From positions 5,872 to 46,003 of the forward strand of contig CAZDBC010000001.1 in the NCBI GenBank assembly GCA_964503295.1: a stretch of 40,132 bases of DNA. Reading direction: 5' to 3'. Of the stretch, positions 25,620 through 31,554 are shown one piece after another. This DNA comes from an uncultured Kiloniellaceae bacterium. GTDB lineage: Bacteria; Pseudomonadota; Alphaproteobacteria; Kiloniellales; Kiloniellaceae. The number at the start of each line of letters is the position of its first letter. Position 1 is the stretch's first letter. The notes beneath the pieces were generated by a model that did not search any database, was not told the origin of the DNA, and saw nothing but the letters and a program-made list of their open reading frames with translations. A program made the position numbers and the translations under genes.

Positions 25620-25834
25620 GCCGGCTCCACAGCTCTTGTTGGCCCGCCTCGTACCGCGCGGCTATGCCGCAGCGCGCAGACCTCGTCACGTACGTACTCC
25701 TTCGCGATTCGCTGTAGGATTTTGTCCTCGGATCGAAGCACGGCGTTCTCGACGCGCAGGAGGAGCACTACGTTCGTCACCTGCCCGACCAGGGCCAAAC
25801 CCGCCAATATTGCCGCGATCCCCTCGATTGCCAT
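25616..25834 (-). CDS. Small single-pass membrane protein (72 aa from ATG 25834)
   Basis: 'MAIEGIAAILAGLALVGQVTNVVLLL' is followed by a helical tail. Its stop overlaps the recombinase start. Confidence 0.45.
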   Translation of the reverse strand: MAIEGIAAILAGLALVGQVTNVVLLLRVENAVLRSEDKILQRIAKEYVRDEVCALRHSRAVRGGPTRAVEPA

Positions 25835-25841
25835 GTTTCTG

Positions 25842-26393
25842 TCAAGCCGCCGCGCGCACCGCGTTCGCCGCTCTTGCGCCCGTCTTTTCATCGTGTCGCT
25901 GGAAATACTCGTCCACGGGAAACAGCCCGTAGGGCTCTGTCTCGTAGAAGGCGCGCCCCAGCTTCTGTTCGATCCGGTAGACCGCGTGGAAAAATCGGCC
26001 TCGATCGAACCCCAGGCGCGGCGCGCACTCTCTCCAACTCATCCCCAGCAGCCAATGCGCCCGGAACATCTCAAATTCGCGTCGTAACAACGTTCGCTTG
26101 GCCAATATACAGAAATCGGCCATGAATTCTTCGCGCTTGCGGCTCGGCATCGAGATGGGCAACCCGGACCGCGTCGACGGCCAGGTCTTGTCCGGACGCA
26201 TGCGCGCCCGCGCCGGGTCGCTCTCCCCAAGTTGCTGGAACCGGCCCCAACACGCCCTGAACACAGCGCGCCAGACGCAATTACACGTCCGCGACGACTC
26301 CACTCCGTACACCAGGCCCGCTCCATAACACTGAACGCACCTGGCCTGCGCCAGCAGTATCCTGACGCTCGGGTCCCACTCACGCTCTGCCAT
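25842..26393 (-). CDS. Regulator with N-terminal CxxCxGxG Cys cluster and C-terminal sigma-70 region-4-like HTH
   Basis: 183 aa. The Cys cluster is 'CVQCYGAGLVYGVESSRTCNCVWRAVFRAC'. 'RREFEMFRAHWLLGMSWRECAPRLGFDRGRFFHAVYRIEQKLGRAF' follows the region-4 pattern. Confidence 0.5.
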   Translation of the reverse strand: MAEREWDPSVRILLAQARCVQCYGAGLVYGVESSRTCNCVWRAVFRACWGRFQQLGESDPARARMRPDKTWPSTRSGLPISMPSRKREEFMADFCILAKRTLLRREFEMFRAHWLLGMSWRECAPRLGFDRGRFFHAVYRIEQKLGRAFYETEPYGLFPVDEYFQRHDEKTGARAANAVRAAA

Positions 26394-26689
26394 CAGATGT
26401 TGGTGCGACTCTTGATATCCAGCATCGCGAGCATGCGCCGTAAGGCCCGCAGGGAACGCTGGTGCAGTCGGCTAACCGTCTGGACCGTCACGCCTAGCGT
26501 TGTCGCGATCCCCTTCAGCGGCACCTCGTCCACGTAGTGCATTAGGACAATGGTGCGCTCGCGCCGAGGCAGCGCGACAAGACACAGAGCAAGAAGGCGT
26601 ACGCGCTCGACAGCGCACACTCGCAGATATTCCGCCGTCTCCGCCTCGCCACTACCGCCCCGGCGGAATTGGAATTCCTCCCCTGTCAC
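26393..26689 (-). CDS. Sigma-70 region-4-only protein (98 aa)
   Basis: 'LPRRERTIVLMHYVDEVPLKGIATTLGVTVQTVSRLHQRSLRALRRML' is a canonical sigma70_r4 segment. There is no region 2. The GTG start forms a GTGA overlap. Confidence 0.65.
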   Translation of the reverse strand: MTGEEFQFRRGGSGEAETAEYLRVCAVERVRLLALCLVALPRRERTIVLMHYVDEVPLKGIATTLGVTVQTVSRLHQRSLRALRRMLAMLDIKSRTNI

Positions 26690-27102
26690 GCCGCGACATC
26701 CTCCACTACGGCGAAGAACTGGCGGCGATCACGGCGCGCTATCCGGTCGAACGTCCACACGCCACGCGGGTTGTGATCTGTTTCCCGTCTGTGGGGGCTC
26801 CCCAGGCCGCGCCGGCGAATCTCGAATCTCCTGCCCGGCGTCGCGTCCACGCCAGGCGGCGCGGATGAACACCAGCGTACGGCGTGGATCCGCGCCTTCG
26901 TGCCCAGCGCCTCGACCTCGCCCGATCGGAGCAGCCCGGCAACTTCCTCGCGCGTCAGCCAACGCACACGAGTGTTTGCACGGTCGAGTAGCTCGACACG
27001 TTCCGGAATGACCCTGCCTGTTGTGTGAAGATGCACCGCGCCTGACAAGTAGGTAACCGGGAGTCGGGTTGACTCCCGGCCACCGCCAGGAGCCGCCGCC
27101 AA
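26686..27102 (-). CDS. Hypothetical protein, first gene of the leftward operon (start uncertain: TTG 27102 or GTG 27036)
   Basis: Track ORF of 138 aa. A perfect 9-bp hairpin at 27057-27079 lies inside the putative N-terminus, which favours the shorter version. No motif recognised. Confidence 0.4.
   Translation of the reverse strand: MAAAPGGGRESTRLPVTYLSGAVHLHTTGRVIPERVELLDRANTRVRWLTREEVAGLLRSGEVEALGTKARIHAVRWCSSAPPGVDATPGRRFEIRRRGLGSPHRRETDHNPRGVWTFDRIARRDRRQFFAVVEDVAA
27057..27079 (-). promoter_or_regulatory. Leader stem-loop downstream of the leftward promoter
   Basis: 'ccgggagtc gggtt gactcccgg' forms a perfect 9-bp stem with a 5-nt loop, about 120 nt downstream of the predicted -10. Confidence 0.35.
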
Positions 27103-27204
27103 GGGTAAGGCGGCTTTAGGGTCGCCCTTCTGGCGCGACCAACGCCCTCCGCGAAAGGCGTCGCAACCGGCGAAGCGAGCACACCGGACGCAATCACTAC
27201 TCCC

Positions 27205-27233
27205 ATATTAACCGGACTCAAACATCCACTTAA
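27205..27233 (-). promoter_or_regulatory. Candidate leftward sigma-70-type promoter (TTAAGT-N17-TAATAT on the minus strand)
   Basis: The -35 lies at 27228-27233 and the -10 at 27205-27210, with a 17-nt spacer. It sits in the only A/T-rich gap upstream of the leftward operon. Confidence 0.4.
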
Positions 27234-27312
27234 CACGAAGCCGGGCCGCGCGCGCCAGCCCCCAGGCCGATTTCCCCCAAGAAAAAAAGCACTCCCGGCG
27301 CTCGTTTTTCTC

Positions 27313-27341
27313 TTGACTCTACCTGCTAGCTGGTATATACT
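27313..27341 (+). promoter_or_regulatory. Near-consensus sigma-70 promoter TTGACT-N17-TATACT
   Basis: The -35 lies at 27313-27318 and the -10 at 27336-27341. A TG sits upstream of an alternative TATATA -10. It is about 50 nt upstream of ATG 27390. Confidence 0.6.
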
Positions 27342-27389
27342 TGCTTTGTAAGTGAGACACAGGAGGCCGGCGGTAGCCGGAAAAAGCTA

Positions 27390-27800
27390 ATGAGAAAAAC
27401 CATCTATACGATTTTCACGAAGGCGGATCAACAGATCCCCGCTGTGCAGCGCAAAGATGTTGAGGTGGACGCAATCAGCGCCACCGAGTTTAAGGCGATT
27501 GTGCCGGGCAGTGGCCCGGCCGGATTCGAGCTGGATCTTATTAACGACGACAACGTCATCAACTTTGAACAAGAGCGTGTGATCTTCGATTATGAAGCAA
27601 TCGAAACACGACTCAAAAAGATCGGGGCGAGCGAGCCCGAGGCGTCCGCTCTCACTGACATCCTACATAAGGCGGGGTGGGGCGGCCGGGAGTTCGAAGG
27701 TCACTACAGCCGTGATATCGGGGACGATACACTGTTCGCGGTTCTGCAGTGGCTACGTTCGGAGCGTGGGTTGGGTGAAAATGCGTTGCCCGCACTGTAA
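27390..27800 (+). CDS. Hypothetical protein (136 aa) in a visibly A/T-richer segment
   Basis: The ORF has clean codon structure ('MRKTIYTIFTKADQQIPAVQRKDVEVDAISATEFKAIVPG...'). Its composition differs from the rest of the window. No motif recognised. Confidence 0.6.
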   Translation: MRKTIYTIFTKADQQIPAVQRKDVEVDAISATEFKAIVPGSGPAGFELDLINDDNVINFEQERVIFDYEAIETRLKKIGASEPEASALTDILHKAGWGGREFEGHYSRDIGDDTLFAVLQWLRSERGLGENALPAL

Positions 27801-27957
27801 CGCTGAGCTCACCGCCCGTGAGGTTGCGAGGCTGAACGCCCAGCGCTCGGCTTCTCTCCGCCGCCGCGCCGTCAAATGCACATGCGGCAAGTGCCCGACT
27901 TGTCGCCGCCGAGAAACTATGCGACGCTACCGCGCCCGGCGGAAGCAATCATCCTAG
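27781..27957 (+). CDS. Zinc-ribbon protein (58 aa)
   Basis: I take internal ATG 27781 of track ORF 27592..27957. 'MRCPHCNAEL...CTCGKCPTCRRRE' carries CxxC pairs and a basic tail. Confidence 0.45.
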   Translation: MRCPHCNAELTAREVARLNAQRSASLRRRAVKCTCGKCPTCRRRETMRRYRARRKQSS

Positions 27958-28072
27958 TATCCGGCCCAGCAGCCACGCGGCGGCAACCACGATCAACGCC
28001 GGGAACGCGATCGCCGCCGCGATCACCACCCACCATACACCAATCTCTGTCAGCTCCAAGATCCCCCCCTCG

Positions 28073-28363
28073 TCACGAGATTCCGTCAAGGTGGCAGACC
28101 CACTCCACGCGCCGGACCTCGCGCACCTCTTCGCGCGCCAGCACTATCTCCGCCGCCTCGGTCAATGACGTCGCTGCGACGGTGTATGCTTTCACCGCGT
28201 CCAGACTCTCCGCCCACCCCACGCCGCCACTAAGTGAGTCAGCCATCGCCATGTTGCGCTCTAGCTCCCCTCGTGACGCCGGCGTCAACGCAGGCCCCGC
28301 CGGATCCTCCGCGTCCCTCGCCACCACCGCGATCACGCGAAACACCGCCCTTGCCAGTTCCAT
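28073..28363 (-). CDS. Hypothetical protein (96 aa from ATG 28363)
   Basis: A GGGAGGAAG RBS lies directly upstream of ATG 28363 ('MELARAVFRVIAVV...'). Confidence 0.45.
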   Translation of the reverse strand: MELARAVFRVIAVVARDAEDPAGPALTPASRGELERNMAMADSLSGGVGWAESLDAVKAYTVAATSLTEAAEIVLAREEVREVRRVEWVCHLDGIS

Positions 28364-28400
28364 TTCTTCCTCCCTTACTTCACCACCCACCCCTCGCCGA

Positions 28401-28721
28401 TCAGTCATTCCTGTCCTGGGGATCCCGGACAAGTACGACTGCTGCCTCCGTCAGCACCACGCCCACGTCCGGGTGAGTCTGCCACTTGAAGACGGAGCCT
28501 GGCTTCACCCCCCGCGACCTGAACGCGCGGAAGCAGTGCACCAAGCGAACCTCCTCATCCGTGAGTTCCACTATCTCGCCCGAGGCCCTCATCGCTTCGA
28601 GCGACTGCTCGACCTGGCGCCGCGCCTCGAGTTTCATCGCCAGCGCATGATCCGGCTGCTTTTCCTCAAGCCCCCGCGCCGCGTCCAGCATCGTCTTTTC
28701 GAAAGTCTCTGGCATCATCAT
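28401..28721 (-). CDS. Hypothetical protein (106 aa)
   Basis: A strong RBS 'TAAGGAGAG' lies upstream of the ATGATGATG start. The N-terminal half is helical and charged. No motif recognised. Confidence 0.55.
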   Translation of the reverse strand: MMMPETFEKTMLDAARGLEEKQPDHALAMKLEARRQVEQSLEAMRASGEIVELTDEEVRLVHCFRAFRSRGVKPGSVFKWQTHPDVGVVLTEAAVVLVRDPQDRND

Positions 28722-28961
28722 CGTCTACTCTCCTTACCTCACCGGCCCCTCGCGCGCGTTTTTATGCTGTGCGGAATCGCGCTCGCCACGCGCCGCGAGG
28801 GCTATGCTAGAACCCACTTGAACACAGTCCCGACACGCACGCACGGAGCCCGGACGTGCAGAAACCATTTCCTTTCTGCACACCTTTCCCGGCTCCTCTC
28901 AGGCCTTTATTTGCATCGCCAATCGAGGCCAGTCCAGAAGGACTTTTTGCACACCCCAAAA

Positions 28962-29450
28962 TCAGGCTGCGCGGGGCATTTCAACTACCCGCCGGGTGGA
29001 CACCACTTTCCGCGGCCCGGAACGCTCGGTTACCAGGTACTCATCCCGTTCCGAGGCTGGAATGTGATCATCGATCACTTTCAGAGGTACCGTGCATAGA
29101 CGCAAGAACAAACGCTCTTTGAAGTGCCGGAACACTTTGGCCATGCTCCGGATCTTGCGTTGCTCTTGACGTGGCGAGACCTCGACACAGTACCCGTTAC
29201 CCTGGACCACAAACGACTCGCCCTCCGGCGCACCTTCGTACCACCCAAGAATCTGCTTGCGGATCTGTTCCTGACGCTTCTTCAGCTTCGCCATCTCCGC
29301 CAGCTCGTCGCTCACTAAACCGAACTCATCAACCACGCCGGCGTAACCACGCGGCGGCCCGTATTTGGAAGCCGCCTTGGCGGGCGGCTTTTTCTTAGTA
29401 GTCACTCTACCTAATCGGCCTACCGGCCGAAAAGGGAGAACAGACCCCAT
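28962..29450 (-). CDS. Hypothetical protein (162 aa); coiled coil plus beta-rich C-terminal half
   Basis: It is separated by 1 nt from the upstream gene. 'ELAEMAKLKKRQEQIRKQILGWYEG...FVVQGNGYCVEVSPRQEQRKI' only faintly recalls the Mu Gam-type layout. I do not call a function. Confidence 0.5.
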   Translation of the reverse strand: MGSVLPFRPVGRLGRVTTKKKPPAKAASKYGPPRGYAGVVDEFGLVSDELAEMAKLKKRQEQIRKQILGWYEGAPEGESFVVQGNGYCVEVSPRQEQRKIRSMAKVFRHFKERLFLRLCTVPLKVIDDHIPASERDEYLVTERSGPRKVVSTRRVVEMPRAA

Positions 29451-29451
29451 G

Positions 29452-29709
29452 TCACGGCGCCTCGCCTTCCCCCTTGCGCTGCCTCGCCCAGCGCTCCAGC
29501 GCCGCCTTCCGGGCTATCTCTCTGCGCTGCTCCGGCGTCAACTTCGCGGCCCTGGCCTTCCCCCCCGCGATCCCCGCCTTCCTCCCAATTTCTGTCTTCC
29601 TCTTGGCCGACAGCTTTTTGGCCGTGGCGCGGCCGCCACGGCGCCCCAACGCTACCGCATGCGGATTCTTTTTCTTTCTCGGCTTCTTTCGCGGCTTCTT
29701 TACCGGCAT
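29452..29709 (-). CDS. Small very basic protein with KGG-repeat-like motif
   Basis: 85 aa: 'KKKNPHAVALGRRGGRATAKKL...GRKAGIAGGKARAAKLTPEQRREIARKAALERW'. It is the first gene after the divergent promoter. Confidence 0.55.
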   Translation of the reverse strand: MPVKKPRKKPRKKKNPHAVALGRRGGRATAKKLSAKRKTEIGRKAGIAGGKARAAKLTPEQRREIARKAALERWARQRKGEGEAP

Positions 29710-29717
29710 CAGCCCCA

Positions 29718-29773
29718 GCTTAACATAGCGCTGGTATAAGTATTATCCTACATGACACACCGCTATGTTAAGC
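29718..29773. promoter_or_regulatory. Perfect 13-bp inverted repeat (GCTTAACATAGCG ... CGCTATGTTAAGC) separated by 30 bp; candidate operator pair
   Basis: The arms lie at 29718-29730 and 29761-29773. The right arm sits between the -35 and -10 of the rightward promoter and covers the -35 of the leftward one. Confidence 0.6.
29742..29771 (-). promoter_or_regulatory. Leftward promoter TTAACA-N18-GATAAT (minus strand)
   Basis: The -35 lies at 29766-29771 and the -10 at 29742-29747. It is face-to-face and overlapping with the rightward promoter. Confidence 0.4.
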
Positions 29774-29780
29774 ATATAAT
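29752..29780 (+). promoter_or_regulatory. Rightward promoter ATGACA-N17-TATAAT
   Basis: The -35 lies at 29752-29757 and a consensus -10 at 29775-29780. GGAG at 29789-29792 is followed by ATG 29801. Confidence 0.55.
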
Positions 29781-29800
29781 CAATCCTTGGAGTAGTGAAC

Positions 29801-30367
29801 ATGGCGATCGCGGGCACCCCTAGGCTCTCTCAACCCGCCCCATCCGCGGAGGCATCCACCGTACGCCTCCCGTCATCAGCCACCAGGCGCGGCACGGTCA
29901 CCAGCATTCGCCTCATCCGCAAGGTCCGTCCCGATCCCATCTGGGGTGGCTACGCGTTCGACGGCGATCTGTTCCGGCCTGGCCAGGTCATCCAGCTCGG
30001 CGACCTGCGGCCCTCAGACGACTATCCGGACCCTCCGCTTCTGATCGAATGCGCCGGCAGCGTGGGCCGCATGCCGCGCAGTAAACACTCTGAGTACCTC
30101 CACCTCCTGTGGCGGTACGAGCCTGTTCGGAACGCCTGGTCTGAAGTCGCGCGCGCCGTGTCGCCTACTAACGACTGGACAAGCTACCTCGGCCCCATCG
30201 CTCTCGACCAGATCGGCCGCAAGCCCGTCCTCGTCGATCCTATCGGTGTCGCCGATCGCGTCGTCGAAGCGCTCGAGGCAGATCTCGAACCGCTCAGCAC
30301 TCCCGACCGCAAACGCGTGATGCTCGCCGTCTACGACCGCTTCCAATCCAAAGTGGTGGGCTGGTGA
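29801..30367 (+). CDS. Hypothetical protein (188 aa from ATG 29801)
   Basis: I prefer ATG 29801 (GGAG 8 nt upstream) over GTG 29795. No motif recognised. Confidence 0.55.
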   Translation: MAIAGTPRLSQPAPSAEASTVRLPSSATRRGTVTSIRLIRKVRPDPIWGGYAFDGDLFRPGQVIQLGDLRPSDDYPDPPLLIECAGSVGRMPRSKHSEYLHLLWRYEPVRNAWSEVARAVSPTNDWTSYLGPIALDQIGRKPVLVDPIGVADRVVEALEADLEPLSTPDRKRVMLAVYDRFQSKVVGW

Positions 30368-30533
30368 TGGTGACTCGGAGGCGCCAGCGCATCGCGCGCT
30401 GGCCATGAGTCATCGAGAGTGGTGATGACCTACTAGAAAACCAATTTGCCCGCGTCAACAAAATGGTCGCCGCATCATGCGGCGTGAGGAGTGATAGTTG
30501 GACAGGGGAACGATGCGGAGGATAGGCGCGGGC

Positions 30534-30713
30534 TCAAGTCTTTTCCGCGGTGTGATCGGACTGGCGGGCAGCGATGTAGCGGAGAAGCTCGTTGGTCTCT
30601 CCGATCCGAGTGTAAATAGCGTAGAGCATCAAGGGCGCGATCACCCATAAGGTGGCGATCGCCAGCACCGCCACGATTACGACTGCCGCTGGCAGTAGAT
30701 TGAGGATGTCCAT
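30534..30713 (-). CDS. 59-aa single-pass membrane protein (below ORF-track cutoff)
   Basis: Manual translation gives 'MDILNLLPAAVVIVAVLAIATLWVIAPLMLYAIYTRIGETNELLRYIAARQSDHTAEKT'. It starts 7 nt after the stop of the upstream gene. Confidence 0.45.
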   Translation of the reverse strand: MDILNLLPAAVVIVAVLAIATLWVIAPLMLYAIYTRIGETNELLRYIAARQSDHTAEKT

Positions 30714-30719
30714 ACCTGG

Positions 30720-30992
30720 TCACTCTTGTGAGCGATGCAAAAGGTGCTCCGCTCGGCTGCGCACCAACGCTTCTGGTTCCATCCACAAGCTACGTAGGTG
30801 TTTGAATCCGACGACGCCGACAGCACCCGCCCAAAACCGAGCTGGCCACACAAAACCGAAAGCTATCAAGATACCCGACCCGATCAACCACGCCGCCAGA
30901 ATGACTAGCAACTTCTTGACAAACTGCCGTACCCACCAGGACTTGCGGTCCTTCCGCACCTCCTCGTCACATACCGGGCATTCTACAGCCAT
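30720..30992 (-). CDS. 90-aa membrane protein with N-terminal CxxC
   Basis: 'MAVECPVCDEEVRK' is followed by two hydrophobic segments, 'LLVILAAWLIGSGILIAFGFVW' and 'FWAGAVGVVGF'. It overlaps the upstream gene by 1 nt. Confidence 0.5.
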   Translation of the reverse strand: MAVECPVCDEEVRKDRKSWWVRQFVKKLLVILAAWLIGSGILIAFGFVWPARFWAGAVGVVGFKHLRSLWMEPEALVRSRAEHLLHRSQE

Positions 30993-31207
30993 CAGAACAC
31001 CTCATTGCAATGGGGACACTGCTGGACGGCCGCCGCGTTCTTCCGAGACTCCTGGAGTCGCCACTCTCTACTCTTTCCCGCGAAAAAGACAATCCCGCAC
31101 TCGAGCGAACACACTCGGTCGGTCTCCGACCGATACCGGATCTCAATGGGATCCTCGCGCTCTTTCTTGCCGCACACCGCACAAACGAATCTATGGCTAG
31201 TCTCCAT
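30992..31207 (-). CDS. 71-aa zinc-finger protein
   Basis: 'FVCAVCGKKE...CSLEC...CPHCNEVF' carries multiple CxxC pairs. Confidence 0.5.
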   Translation of the reverse strand: METSHRFVCAVCGKKEREDPIEIRYRSETDRVCSLECGIVFFAGKSREWRLQESRKNAAAVQQCPHCNEVF

Positions 31208-31214
31208 GCTTCAC

Positions 31215-31445
31215 CTATCGGTCTTCCTTCGGCTCCCCTCTAGCCGCCTTCGACTTCCGCGCCTTCCGACAGTGCACCCACGCCGCGCGCGCAGTCGGCT
31301 GCACCTCGCCGCACCGAGGACACACAGTCGGCTTAGCACGGGCTCTGCCGCCGAGCCGACCAATCTCGCCCATGGCTGGACCTTTTCGCGCTCGCAGCTT
31401 TCCTAGAGCCACCGCAGCAGCGTTCTTTTTCTTCGTCACGAACAT
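31215..31445 (-). CDS. 76-aa basic protein (KKKNAAAVALGK motif plus CPRCG zinc ribbon)
   Basis: A GGAGG RBS lies 7 nt upstream of ATG 31445. The N-terminal motif is shared with 29452..29709. Confidence 0.5.
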   Translation of the reverse strand: MFVTKKKNAAAVALGKLRARKGPAMGEIGRLGGRARAKPTVCPRCGEVQPTARAAWVHCRKARKSKAARGEPKEDR

Positions 31446-31493
31446 ATGATAACCTCCGCTGCTTCGTAAATGCAATTTCTATTCACTAATTGA

Positions 31494-31522
31494 TTGACGT
31501 GCCACCGGTGCTATGGTAATAT
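31494..31522 (+). promoter_or_regulatory. Rightward promoter TTGACG-N17-TAATAT
   Basis: The -35 lies at 31494-31499 and the -10 at 31517-31522, in the A/T-rich gap upstream of ATG 31555 (GAGGA RBS). Confidence 0.55.
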
Positions 31523-31554
31523 TAAATCACGGACACATTCCGTTGAGGAACACG

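Noticed and set aside
26955-27236. 93-aa minus ORF spanning the leader and promoter region
   Set aside because: It overlaps the predicted promoter and the first operon gene in another frame, has no RBS, and is hydrophobic low-complexity sequence.
27271-27302. A-run / GC segment / T-run ('gaaaaaaagcactcccggcgctcgtttttctc') resembling a bidirectional terminator between the divergent promoters
   Set aside because: The GC segment forms only a weak, mismatched hairpin, and a terminator is not expected between back-to-back promoters.
27876-29099. 407-aa plus-strand ORF, the longest ORF in the early region
   Set aside because: It is extremely Pro/Ser/Arg/Thr-rich, low-complexity sequence, as expected for an off-frame read of GC-rich DNA, and it has no RBS. 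It is fully covered by minus-strand ORFs that have strong RBSs (28363, 28721) and protein-like composition.
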